Positions 8,506-17,023 are shown, numbered from the stretch's first letter. The stretch is DNA of 64,000 bases from a virus (IMGVR_UViG_3300012933_000388:1-64000), one strand, 5' to 3'. A program made the numbers and translations. The notes: generated from the sequence alone by a model not told the origin.

Positions 8506-8676
8506 ATGGGAATGTTTGATTCATTGACAGATTTTGCGGCAGCAGTTGTTGCCTCTCCAGTAACCTTGGCGGCGAAAGCCGTTGAAGTAACGGTGGACGC
8601 GGTTGCAGCTGTACCAGATGTGGCTGAGAAGGCTATCGAAAATATCGAGCAAGCCGTCGATAAGATCGGAAAATAA
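8506..8676 (+). CDS. small hypothetical protein (56 aa)
   Basis: Strong RBS AAGGAG 7 nt upstream. Ala/Val-rich helical sequence. Confidence 0.4.
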   Translation: MGMFDSLTDFAAAVVASPVTLAAKAVEVTVDAVAAVPDVAEKAIENIEQAVDKIGK

Positions 8677-8677
8677 T

Positions 8678-8884
8678 ATGGGATGGAGTTCTGGTGGTGA
8701 ATTGTTAGGTGATATCGTTCTGTCCACACAGAAGGCCGTCCCTCCAAAGTACCGTAAAGAGTTATACAAGCTGTTTATCAATCATTTTGAGATGCACGAT
8801 TGTGATGTGATCTACGAATGTAAAGGACTTGACAAAGAGTTCGATAAAGCATATAATGAGTTATACCCTGATGAGGATGAATGA
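8678..8884 (+). CDS. hypothetical protein
   Basis: ATG lies 2 nt after the upstream stop. The ORF-track N-terminal extension overlaps the previous ORF. Confidence 0.5.
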   Translation: MGWSSGGELLGDIVLSTQKAVPPKYRKELYKLFINHFEMHDCDVIYECKGLDKEFDKAYNELYPDEDE

Positions 8885-9057
8885 TGGATATTAAAAAGAA
8901 AATTACTGCTGCTCAGAAACGAGTACAGAAAAAGATCGATGCGTCTTTTGCTAAGTTGGCAGAAGAAACCAAAGCTGCATTTGAAGCAGCTCGCACAGAG
9001 AAGAAATAACCCCCGCAGTGTGCGTAGGGGCAATGTCAATAAGTCCTCTCCGATAAG
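8884..9057 (+). CDS. small hypothetical protein (57 aa)
   Basis: ATGA-type overlap with the upstream stop. Lys-rich helical N-terminus. Confidence 0.3.
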
Positions 9058-9066
9058 GAATATATT

Positions 9067-9318
9067 ATGAAACAACGTGGATTTACACTAATTGAGTTGA
9101 TGGTAGTTATTACTATTGGTATGGTTGTTGTCAGTATTGGCCTTGGATTCCTTGGTGCAACTTCTGGCAATAGCAATATCAGCGTAGGTATCAACGGTGT
9201 AACCGAATCCCGTTGTATTGAGGGTTACAAGTTTGTACTTAGTGCAAGCCATGAGGCGCCTCGTCAGATCATTGACGAGTTCGGTAAGGGTGTTCGATGC
9301 AACGCAATGGTGAAATAA
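9067..9318 (+). CDS. type IV pilin-like / pseudopilin protein
   Basis: Class III signal MKQRG|FTLIELMVVITIGMVVV with Gly-1, Phe+1, Glu+5 and a hydrophobic helix. RBS AAGGAA. Confidence 0.7.
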   Translation: MKQRGFTLIELMVVITIGMVVVSIGLGFLGATSGNSNISVGINGVTESRCIEGYKFVLSASHEAPRQIIDEFGKGVRCNAMVK

Positions 9319-9319
9319 T

Positions 9320-10279
9320 ATGGAACAAAAAGTGAAACGCGGCTTCAAGCGTAAAACAATTGAGCAAACAATTCGCAACCACATCAAAGGCTGGTTGGCT
9401 TCAATCGATGACATCGAATTGCGTGATGAAGTTAAGAAGCACTATATTGTAACTGGTGGTGCTATCACTTCTATGTTGCTTGGCGACTTGCCGAACGATT
9501 ATGATGTATACTTGGATGATGTTGATGTCGCTGCTAAGCTGGCCAACTATTACATCAGCCGATTGTCTACACCTGACAATGAGAAGACTGCTGTTCCGAT
9601 CGTTGAAGTTCCACCAGAACGTAACCGTGTGACTATTAAAGTTAAGTCATCTGGTGTTGCTGGTGAAGATATCAATCAAGCAGACTACCAATACTTTGAA
9701 CAGTATGCTGATGGCGGTCAACGCTCTGCTTCATACTTGGATGCCATGGCATCGCGCGAGACAGGTGCATACAAAGCACTTGCTATTACTACTAATGCAA
9801 TCACGTTGTCTGATAAGACTCAGATCGTGTTGCGCTTTGTTGGCCCTGCCAACGTTATTCACAAGAACTATGACTTCGTCCACACAACCAACTACTTTAC
9901 AGAGTCAGAGGGTGCTGTATTTAACGAACCTGCTCTGGAATCCATCCTTGCCCGAGAACTCAAGTATGTCGGTAGTCTCTACCCGATTTGTTCGATCTTC
10001 CGGATCAAGAAATTCATCAAACGTGGGTGGACAATTACTGCAGGTGAAATGCTCAAGATTGCTTACGACATCAGCAAACTCGATCTCGACAATCCGCTAG
10101 TATTGCAAGAGCAATTGACTGGTGTTGATGCTGCATACTTTGCTCAGATCCTTCAGTTGATTCGACAAGAAGGTAAGCCAATCGATCGTACATATTTGTT
10201 CGAACTGGTTAACCGAATCTTCGATGAAGATTGGGAAGTTGAGCAAGCGATTAACGAATCTGGAATTAATTTAGCATGA
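9320..10279 (+). CDS. Pol-beta superfamily nucleotidyltransferase (CCA-adding/poly(A) polymerase head-like)
   Basis: VTGGAITSMLLGDLPNDYDVYLDD matches the GGxxRDxLLG-x4-DxD head-domain pattern. Confidence 0.5.
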   Translation: MEQKVKRGFKRKTIEQTIRNHIKGWLASIDDIELRDEVKKHYIVTGGAITSMLLGDLPNDYDVYLDDVDVAAKLANYYISRLSTPDNEKTAVPIVEVPPERNRVTIKVKSSGVAGEDINQADYQYFEQYADGGQRSASYLDAMASRETGAYKALAITTNAITLSDKTQIVLRFVGPANVIHKNYDFVHTTNYFTESEGAVFNEPALESILARELKYVGSLYPICSIFRIKKFIKRGWTITAGEMLKIAYDISKLDLDNPLVLQEQLTGVDAAYFAQILQLIRQEGKPIDRTYLFELVNRIFDEDWEVEQAINESGINLA

Positions 10280-10560
10280 ACTACTCTTTAGACTACGACA
10301 ACACATACACGACAGATCCTGTAATGTGGGATGCGCTTATCGATATGATGAAACGCTATGGCCACAAGGTGTATGTTGTTACTATGCGTACACCCGAAGA
10401 AGGCGAAGAAGTACGCAAGTACCTCGCGGATAAGGTTGAGATGGTCATCTGCACATCACGTAAGGCGAAACAAGAATACGTCACTAACATGAATGTCCGA
10501 ATTGACATTTGGATTGATGACATGCCTTGGTTCATTCTCAATGATGCGAGACAGCTATGA
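10276..10560 (+). CDS. hypothetical protein
   Basis: ATGA overlap with the upstream gene. IWIDDMP resembles a HAD motif IV, but the protein is too short to call. Confidence 0.5.
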   Translation: MNYSLDYDNTYTTDPVMWDALIDMMKRYGHKVYVVTMRTPEEGEEVRKYLADKVEMVICTSRKAKQEYVTNMNVRIDIWIDDMPWFILNDARQL

Positions 10561-10781
10561 AGAATTGGATCCTAACACAATGTGCTAAGGTACTACCATA
10601 CCATCGTTGGGCAGCTTTATTGTTTGTTCAGGTTTGGGTGTGGCCACAAATTCTCGACCCACATATGCCCGCAGGTGTTGGGTTCAGTACTATCGTCACA
10701 ATGTTCTTCTGCATAGTTTACAACATTATCAAACTGGTCATTGCATATGAAGACAGACAAAATTCAAAAGCTGTTAGATAA
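10557..10781 (+). CDS. membrane protein
   Basis: ATGA overlap. Two hydrophobic helices. Confidence 0.5.
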   Translation: MKNWILTQCAKVLPYHRWAALLFVQVWVWPQILDPHMPAGVGFSTIVTMFFCIVYNIIKLVIAYEDRQNSKAVR

Positions 10782-10938
10782 AGAAGCTCGACTGGGTAAC
10801 GAGCGTTACGATGTCGTACAGCAAATTAAGCAGCTACGCGGCACTGAGCCACCTGTGTGTTGGGGTCAAGACGATTGCTCTACAATGATGTTGGTCCGCT
10901 GTCCGTGGCGCATCGATTGTGGTAGTCCTAAGGATTGA
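10741..10938 (+). CDS. hypothetical protein
   Basis: Overlaps the previous ORF by about 40 nt, so the start is uncertain (ATG 10741 or 10747). Confidence 0.4.
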   Translation: MHMKTDKIQKLLDKEARLGNERYDVVQQIKQLRGTEPPVCWGQDDCSTMMLVRCPWRIDCGSPKD

Positions 10939-10963
10939 CAAGTTTGCCTAGTGGCAGTATAAT
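10935..10963 (+). promoter_or_regulatory. perfect-consensus sigma70 promoter, candidate leaderless
   Basis: TTGACA-N17-TATAAT. ATG 10970 begins 6 nt after the -10 and no SD is present. Confidence 0.7.
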
Positions 10964-10969
10964 TGCTAT

Positions 10970-11251
10970 ATGAAATTTCTTAAAATCGAAACCATCGAAG
11001 AGGGCATGATCCCTCCACGCGCTCGCATTGCCCTTATTAAGGTAGTCGACACATTCATTAAAGATTGCCCAATTAGCTACGCAATCGTTTTGCGTCTTCC
11101 GTTCAAACGATGGAAGACCTTTTTCAGTATGCGCAACTTCGATAACGATCAAGGGTGGTGCGTGTATACTTGTTTCCTAACATACCACAAATGGCGTCGT
11201 GAATTCAAACGAGGCGGCATGTGGGTCCCAATTGAAACGGATGACCTATGA
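10970..11251 (+). CDS. hypothetical basic protein
   Basis: ORF starts at the predicted transcription start. Coding-like composition. Confidence 0.5.
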   Translation: MKFLKIETIEEGMIPPRARIALIKVVDTFIKDCPISYAIVLRLPFKRWKTFFSMRNFDNDQGWCVYTCFLTYHKWRREFKRGGMWVPIETDDL

Positions 11252-11406
11252 GCGAACGATCGCTAATGTGGATAATGATCAAGAATATTGTACTTGTTAT
11301 ATCCACATGCCTGAGTGTGTATTATATTAGTGGCTGGATGATCTTTATGATGTTGGCCTATACCTCAATCGAAATCAGCCCCAAGAAGGATAAAGATAAT
11401 GAATGA
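11248..11406 (+). CDS. small membrane protein (52 aa)
   Basis: ATGA overlap at both ends. Hydrophobic core IVLVISTCLSVYYISGWMIFMMLAY. Confidence 0.4.
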   Translation: MSERSLMWIMIKNIVLVISTCLSVYYISGWMIFMMLAYTSIEISPKKDKDNE

Positions 11407-11833
11407 CGAAGAATTCAACGAGAATGGCACGTTCAGTGTCAACCTGGATAGGATCATTGCAAGCAAGGACATGCTTGCTGTCACTAAGCTCGTTGCAATG
11501 GAGGCAAAGAATGAAGGGTATGTTACTGTTGGCCGATTCCTCCAGCAGCTGTCCGATCACGACTTGACTGAGTTGTTAGGAATTGCTGAGTCATGCAAGG
11601 ATGAGACTAACGACCGTGTTGGTGAGTTGTTATTGATTGCTGAGATCCTTGCTGCAGGCGAAGGCCTTGAACCAGCCGAGATTGATGAGATTACTAAACG
11701 AATCAATGTGTTCATCGTATTGCTCAACGTCGAATCGTTGCACCGCAAAGGGCTGGTTAAAGCTATTCATAATAATATGTCGCTGGGCGAAGATGCAGGT
11801 AACAAAGTGATCGTAGAGAAAATCAAACCATGA
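11399..11833 (+). CDS. hypothetical acidic protein
   Basis: Packed co-directional ORF. Confidence 0.6.
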   Translation: MNDEEFNENGTFSVNLDRIIASKDMLAVTKLVAMEAKNEGYVTVGRFLQQLSDHDLTELLGIAESCKDETNDRVGELLLIAEILAAGEGLEPAEIDEITKRINVFIVLLNVESLHRKGLVKAIHNNMSLGEDAGNKVIVEKIKP

Positions 11834-12060
11834 CGATTCTGGAATTTCTCAATAACGCTACCAACTTTATTGGTACTGTATTGAAGTATGGAGTCATTGC
11901 CTTCTTAATCGTATTGCTGTATGGGTTCTTCATGCAAGAAGAGTATGATGAAGACTATGTGACGTTCACCGTATCATGTAAGTCTGTCCTAAGCGATACT
12001 GATCATTATCCAGCCAACATTGTAAATTATTGTGTAGAAAATAGGAGCGACATTAAATGA
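11830..12060 (+). CDS. membrane protein
   Basis: ATGA overlap. N-terminal TM FIGTVLKYGVIAFLIVLLYGFF. Confidence 0.55.
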   Translation: MTILEFLNNATNFIGTVLKYGVIAFLIVLLYGFFMQEEYDEDYVTFTVSCKSVLSDTDHYPANIVNYCVENRSDIK

Positions 12061-12239
12061 GTAATCTTTGGAATTATATGGTAGACCAGTTGTCAGGCGA
12101 TTTGGATCACTTGCAGGATGACGACGAACATCTAGCAACAGACAAAGCATCTGTATATGTCGAGCAGCTGTTGCTACCAGAAGATGTGGCAATCACATAT
12201 CACCTCAAGTACGCGGTCAAGGCAGATGATGCGGTATGA
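12057..12239 (+). CDS. hypothetical acidic protein
   Basis: ATGA overlap with neighbours. Confidence 0.5.
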   Translation: MSNLWNYMVDQLSGDLDHLQDDDEHLATDKASVYVEQLLLPEDVAITYHLKYAVKADDAV

Positions 12240-12406
12240 CGGAAAAGGTATTATCATACGAACAATTCCAGGAGCAGTACTACCCACGTCTGACTACTGA
12301 AGCATATCGTAAGGAAATGCTCGAGAAGTATGGCGTCGATATTGATGCCGAGCAGGAAGCAATGACCCGCAAGCAGTATGAGATGTACTTGGATGGTATA
12401 TTATAA
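12236..12406 (+). CDS. small hypothetical protein (56 aa)
   Basis: ATGA overlap upstream. Its stop overlaps the next ATG (TAATG). Confidence 0.45.
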   Translation: MTEKVLSYEQFQEQYYPRLTTEAYRKEMLEKYGVDIDAEQEAMTRKQYEMYLDGIL

Positions 12407-12702
12407 TGGCCACTAAGAAACCAGTCGCTAAACCTGTTGCTAGGCCGGCCGCTAAGAAGGCACCTACGACTCCAGCTGTCGTGACGAAGGCAGCTAAGGT
12501 GGTCAAGCCTGTTGTTCCTGATGTGGAAATTAGTCCACCATTCGTAATGACAGATAAGTGGACGTTCAAATGCAACGATGAGGTCGTGTCTAAATCTGTG
12601 TTCGAGTCTATGATGAAAGACCATGATGCATATGTGGCTGAGCAAGCAAAGGCTGCACTTGCTGCCGATACGCCAGAAAAGAAAACTAGGAAAAAGAAAT
12701 GA
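12406..12702 (+). CDS. Lys/Ala/Pro-rich (histone H1-like tail) protein
   Basis: N-terminal KKPVAKPVARPAAKKAPTTPAVVTKAAKVVKP low-complexity basic repeat. Possible nucleic-acid binder. Confidence 0.6.
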   Translation: MATKKPVAKPVARPAAKKAPTTPAVVTKAAKVVKPVVPDVEISPPFVMTDKWTFKCNDEVVSKSVFESMMKDHDAYVAEQAKAALAADTPEKKTRKKK

Positions 12703-12959
12703 GAAAGAAACTATTTCGTGTTACTGTTGAATTTGATTATGTAATCGTCGCTGATGATGATGGTGACTCGTGTTGGGATGTTGCAGAACAGAATGTGCGA
12801 GACGCATTCAACGATCTAGACCGAAGCCAGTTGTCATTTCATGTAGTCCCATTTAAAATGGCAGATATGAAGAAGACTACAGGATGGGATGAAGAATGCA
12901 TTCCATATGGTGGTGATGGTAACACTCGCACAGGCGAGTATCTCAAAGGGGAAAAGTGA
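12699..12959 (+). CDS. hypothetical acidic protein
   Basis: ATGA overlap. Confidence 0.55.
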   Translation: MRKKLFRVTVEFDYVIVADDDGDSCWDVAEQNVRDAFNDLDRSQLSFHVVPFKMADMKKTTGWDEECIPYGGDGNTRTGEYLKGEK

Positions 12960-13252
12960 TGTTGGCTTTGTTTATAGTTGGTTTAGTCTTTTTTGGTGTC
13001 GTCATTCGTGGCTGGGCACTGTCGACGCTATGGGCTTGGTTCCTGGTGCCAATCGGCTTACCAGCAATCGGTATTGCTACGGCGTTGGGCATTTCTGTGA
13101 TCATTGGATTGTTCACAGTACACCTCAACAACGACAAAATCAAGGTCGATAAGAATTCGAGCTCTGATATGATCGGCACTATCATTGCCAAAGCAATCGG
13201 TGGTCCGTTGGTGTCTGTGTTTATCGGTTGGATTATCACATTGTTCATGTAA
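12956..13252 (+). CDS. membrane protein (3 TM)
   Basis: GTGA/ATGA overlap. Hydrophobic throughout. Confidence 0.6.
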   Translation: MMLALFIVGLVFFGVVIRGWALSTLWAWFLVPIGLPAIGIATALGISVIIGLFTVHLNNDKIKVDKNSSSDMIGTIIAKAIGGPLVSVFIGWIITLFM

Positions 13253-13261
13253 GGATTAGTA

Positions 13262-13708
13262 ATGTCTAAGAAAGAAGTTGCAGTAGCAGCAAATGACCAA
13301 CTGACTCCACTCCAACAACAATTGTTGGATCGTGCAGATTCCATTATGAGTTCGATTGCAACAACAGTCGATAAGGCTAGTACATTTGCTGCGGAACAAG
13401 TACCAGATATCGCATTGCAGTATGTTGCATTTGGACGAGCGAGTATTTCAGCATATGTGGCAATCAGCGTAATTGTATTTTGTATTGCATTCTGGTTGTG
13501 TATTCGAGTTGGTATTATGAACTCACGCGGATATCCAGCTGATGGATATTCGTGGGATGATCGACGCATCGGAGCTACTCTATTCGGTGGCGGTATGGGT
13601 GTTATATCAATCATTGCGTTCTTCATTAACTTGAACAACTTTATCATGGTATGGGTTGCTCCTAAGATTTGGTTGATCAACGAAATTGCACGATTGGTCA
13701 AGCGATGA
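13262..13708 (+). CDS. membrane protein
   Basis: RBS AGGA. Two or three TM helices in the C-terminal half. Confidence 0.6.
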   Translation: MSKKEVAVAANDQLTPLQQQLLDRADSIMSSIATTVDKASTFAAEQVPDIALQYVAFGRASISAYVAISVIVFCIAFWLCIRVGIMNSRGYPADGYSWDDRRIGATLFGGGMGVISIIAFFINLNNFIMVWVAPKIWLINEIARLVKR

Positions 13709-14070
13709 ACGTAATCATTGCAGGTGGCAGAGATGTCACCGATTTTGACTTAGTTGAACGAGCAGTCAACAACTCTGGTTTCGAAATCGAGCAAGTAGTC
13801 TCGGGCGGAGCTAAGGGTGTTGATACGCTTGCTGTACTATACGCTCAGAAGTATAATAAACACTTAGCGTTGTTTATGGCCGACTGGGACCGACATGGAC
13901 GTAAGGCAGGACCAATTCGTAATGGGCAGATGGCAGAGTATGCTGATGCTTTGATTGCGGTGTGGGACGGTAAGTCAAAAGGTACTAAGAATATGATCGA
14001 CCAAGCAACAGCTAAAGGTTTGAAAGTATACATTGAGCGAACAGATCAACCAACTGCATTGGATATTTAA
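13705..14070 (+). CDS. SLOG-fold protein (DUF2493 / YpsA-DprA-LOG-like)
   Basis: MNVIIAGGRD...VVSGGAKGVD...GPIRNGQM...SKGTKNM pattern of DUF2493. ATGA overlap selects 13705 over the ORF-track start. Confidence 0.6.
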   Translation: MNVIIAGGRDVTDFDLVERAVNNSGFEIEQVVSGGAKGVDTLAVLYAQKYNKHLALFMADWDRHGRKAGPIRNGQMAEYADALIAVWDGKSKGTKNMIDQATAKGLKVYIERTDQPTALDI

Positions 14071-14436
14071 ATGAACGAAATTCTCATCTTGATGCTTGCT
14101 TTGTTTACGAAGCATTTGATTGTGGACTTCCCTCTCCAAGGCCCATGGCAGTGGATGAACAAAGGGACATACATGCATCCAGGTGGCATGTTCCACGCAT
14201 TCTTGCATGGTGTTGGTACTATGTTGTGCTTCACACATTATGCACCACAAGCAGCGTTTTGGTTAGGGTTGTTTGATTGTATAATCCATTACCACATCGA
14301 CTGGTTGAAGATGAACATCAACGCTTGGTATGGTTGGAAGTCGGATAAGCATGAACAGTTCTGGTGGGCACTTGGTGTTGATCAGTATCTTCATGCTATA
14401 ACGTATATTGGTTTAGTCGCATTGGTAACGAAATAA
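14071..14436 (+). CDS. membrane protein, DUF3307-like
   Basis: FTKHLIVDFPLQ and HYHIDW His-rich motifs in a polytopic membrane protein. Confidence 0.5.
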   Translation: MNEILILMLALFTKHLIVDFPLQGPWQWMNKGTYMHPGGMFHAFLHGVGTMLCFTHYAPQAAFWLGLFDCIIHYHIDWLKMNINAWYGWKSDKHEQFWWALGVDQYLHAITYIGLVALVTK

Positions 14437-14445
14437 GGAAATATT

Positions 14446-14841
14446 ATGAGCAAGTCAAAACGAATTGTAGCCCCCTTCATCAACGACTTCGGTCAGGTGA
14501 TCCAACCTAACGAGTCAGTGTTTGCTGTCACTACATGCACACATCGTACAAACGTATTCGAAGCCAAATACGTCGGTTATGTTGAGCGTCAGTCATACAA
14601 CTGGAAAGAGAAGAAGCATGAGACGATGAAGTTCGCTCAGATCAGCACTCCTTCAAGCAGACACGTGTACTACAAGAAGGGTACCACAGAGTTGTTCCAA
14701 TGGAGCTCATATGTTAATGGCGTTCCTGGCGACCAGCAATACGACCGTGTAGAAGAAACGTATGATCACATCAGTACATTGCAATACAATCGCATCCTGT
14801 CTAAGAACTCATCATTGCATGAGCTTGCATCTGTAGTATGA
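14446..14841 (+). CDS. hypothetical protein
   Basis: RBS AAGGAA. Packed array. Confidence 0.6.
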   Translation: MSKSKRIVAPFINDFGQVIQPNESVFAVTTCTHRTNVFEAKYVGYVERQSYNWKEKKHETMKFAQISTPSSRHVYYKKGTTELFQWSSYVNGVPGDQQYDRVEETYDHISTLQYNRILSKNSSLHELASVV

Positions 14842-15062
14842 GTCACGTAGTTAGAGACGTCCGCTGGTTCTGTGGCCGTACAATGGTTGGCATTGTGCAG
14901 GTCGAAGACCAGTACGATGGTATCAAGTACTACATCGCTTCTCCTCCTGGCGAGGCGAATGGTCACAACGAGCAGGAAGATATCGACTTTATTGCTGATT
15001 GGGGATCTACGTTTCCGAAGCAAGCGGGCAATCTTTTGTTTGGGTTATGTAATAATGATTGA
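14838..15062 (+). CDS. hypothetical protein
   Basis: ATGA overlap. Confidence 0.5.
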   Translation: MSHVVRDVRWFCGRTMVGIVQVEDQYDGIKYYIASPPGEANGHNEQEDIDFIADWGSTFPKQAGNLLFGLCNND

Positions 15063-15399
15063 TTTCCTTACAGACATCCGTGAGACTTGGAGCATATCTT
15101 ACAAGGCTGCTGTTGAGCGTCGTAAGGAACGCGAGCGTGCCGCTGAGCGCAAGCGATTGGCTGCCGTGTTCAACGACATCTACACATACCGTTATCGCTA
15201 CGATAAGTCGAGCAGCGAACGATTGCCTGGTACCGGAATGTTTGGGTTTGCGGCAGAGACTGGTTATGCTTGGATGTGTCCCAAGTGCAATAAAATACAT
15301 TTAGCTAGTGGCTGTACTGGTATGACTGGTGTACAATATCCAGCATGCTGTGACCATCGTGAAGGTCATAGACTATACGACAACATAAGGACAAGATGA
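15055..15399 (+). CDS. hypothetical protein with CPKC...CC zinc-ribbon-like motif
   Basis: Internal ATG 15055 of the 14872 ORF fits the array. The upstream part overlaps the previous gene. Confidence 0.5.
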   Translation: MIDFLTDIRETWSISYKAAVERRKERERAAERKRLAAVFNDIYTYRYRYDKSSSERLPGTGMFGFAAETGYAWMCPKCNKIHLASGCTGMTGVQYPACCDHREGHRLYDNIRTR

Positions 15400-15659
15400 A
15401 TAAAGAACTAATCGATAAGATCGCTTTCCAACACAACCTCCCATATAGCGAGGCACTTGTTGAGTACACTCGCTCTATCATCCAAGAGTGCGTTGGTCGT
15501 TGCGATGTGGTTGCTGAGGAAGCTCATGCCGCTAAGACTAGCGACTTTACTACAGACATGGGCAAGCAATTGTTCTCTGGTATGTGGGGTGGTGCTATGG
15601 GTTGCGGTAATGCCATTATGATGCACTTTGACATTGAAGTGCCAGAAGAAAGAATGTAA
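15396..15659 (+). CDS. hypothetical protein, distant FAELLxxEC-family member
   Basis: YTRSIIQECVGRC resembles the family core. ATGA overlap. Confidence 0.55.
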   Translation: MNKELIDKIAFQHNLPYSEALVEYTRSIIQECVGRCDVVAEEAHAAKTSDFTTDMGKQLFSGMWGGAMGCGNAIMMHFDIEVPEERM

Positions 15660-16060
15660 TGAAACTCGATATGGAAAAGCTCCGTCGTGAGTATGAGATT
15701 CAAAAGGCTGCAGAGAAGGTCGTCGTCGACAATTTGCTAGCTAAGGGTGAGTTCCTCGATGAGGACGGTTATCCAACATCTGATGCTCTAACGATTGTTG
15801 AGCTATGGCCATTCGAGGATGAGAAGGGTTGGTTCATATTCATTGAGAGCTTGTGGGCAATGAAGCATTTCGGTTGGGCTGAAGGCGAAGCTCCGCACGA
15901 TTGGGATAAAGATAAGGTTGTGTATCTTTATGAATTGTCTACTGCTGGCTGGTCTGGTAATGAAGCTATCATTCGATCGATGGAAGAGAATGATAGCCTA
16001 TGGCATACGACATGGGTACAATCTCGTCGTGGTGGTCATTATATTTTTGAGATAGACTAA
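15659..16060 (+). CDS. hypothetical protein
   Basis: TAATG junction. Trp-rich. Confidence 0.6.
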   Translation: MKLDMEKLRREYEIQKAAEKVVVDNLLAKGEFLDEDGYPTSDALTIVELWPFEDEKGWFIFIESLWAMKHFGWAEGEAPHDWDKDKVVYLYELSTAGWSGNEAIIRSMEENDSLWHTTWVQSRRGGHYIFEID

Positions 16061-16061
16061 G

Positions 16062-16250
16062 ATGACAATTAAATTATTGATAGCTAAGTTGTTCTTCACG
16101 TTTCTCGTGCTGATAGTTCCATATGTGATATACATTGGCAACAAAAAAGCTATTGATGTTCCTCGGTGGGCTCAGTGGCTTGGAGTATTTTTATTTGGTG
16201 GTGCTGCGGTGACACTCTTCGTGGCGATTATGATTGCAATTTGGGAATAG
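16062..16250 (+). CDS. membrane protein (2 TM)
   Basis: Hydrophobic helices. Confidence 0.5.
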   Translation: MTIKLLIAKLFFTFLVLIVPYVIYIGNKKAIDVPRWAQWLGVFLFGGAAVTLFVAIMIAIWE

Positions 16251-16251
16251 T

Positions 16252-16656
16252 ATGGAAGTAACATTAAACAAATCATGGCATCTGTGGCTCGCTAACTTTG
16301 GCGAGAAGCGAATCTACCCCAACTGCGGTACCGACATTTGTGAGTATACACGAGCAGTGATGGTTGGTTCGTTCTGGGCACTCGTTGCAGGAACCTTCAT
16401 CACGTTAGGTACGTTGTGGGTCGGATTCTCTTTCTATGATATTGCTTTGGCAATCTTTACAGGTAGCGCGCTCTTGCCATATTCGATCATCTTCCTCATG
16501 TTGGTTGGGGCGTTTGTGTTGTTGGTGACAATTGTGGCATACAAAGAGTGGCGTAAGATGCAACCAAGTGAGCCTCCAAAGCCACCATCTTTCACTGCAG
16601 TGGCCTACCGTAAGTTCAAAGACAAAACTTGTTTCCGGATTAAATTCAATGAGTAA
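16252..16656 (+). CDS. membrane protein
   Basis: ATG lies 1 nt after the upstream stop. Three TM segments. Confidence 0.55.
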   Translation: MEVTLNKSWHLWLANFGEKRIYPNCGTDICEYTRAVMVGSFWALVAGTFITLGTLWVGFSFYDIALAIFTGSALLPYSIIFLMLVGAFVLLVTIVAYKEWRKMQPSEPPKPPSFTAVAYRKFKDKTCFRIKFNE

Positions 16657-16660
16657 TGTG

Positions 16661-17023
16661 ATGATTCAAGAAGTGATCGAGCGTGCTAATGCATCATTCT
16701 GCAAGAAGTACGGTATGGAAGGAACATACCATAACGACTTCACCCCATTCTTTGCAGAGCACTTGCTCGACCAGGTATGTAAAGATATTTCAGGATGTGC
16801 CGATCCTGCTAGTGCTATAGCATATGTCCGGATGAAGTATCACGTTGGTATGTTCAAGCGTGGCGATCGAGTACGTGCAAGTGAGAATGCTGGGTTCCAT
16901 CGTGGAGCCACCGGTGTGGTTGAATTTGTAGAGCCATCATACAAACGTGTATGGGTATTGCGCGATCATTCAACTTCACCAGTATACTACGCACCAGTAG
17001 AGTTGGAGTATGAAAATGTTTGA
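16661..17023 (+). CDS. hypothetical protein
   Basis: ATG 16661 lies 4 nt after the upstream stop. ATG 16649 is an alternative start. Confidence 0.5.
   Translation: MIQEVIERANASFCKKYGMEGTYHNDFTPFFAEHLLDQVCKDISGCADPASAIAYVRMKYHVGMFKRGDRVRASENAGFHRGATGVVEFVEPSYKRVWVLRDHSTSPVYYAPVELEYENV

Noticed and set aside
12943-13701. A 252-aa minus-strand ORF.
   Set aside because: It is antisense to two well-coupled plus-strand membrane-protein genes. Its hydrophobic, low-complexity translation is what the reverse complement of TM-coding DNA typically gives. No SD or promoter is present.
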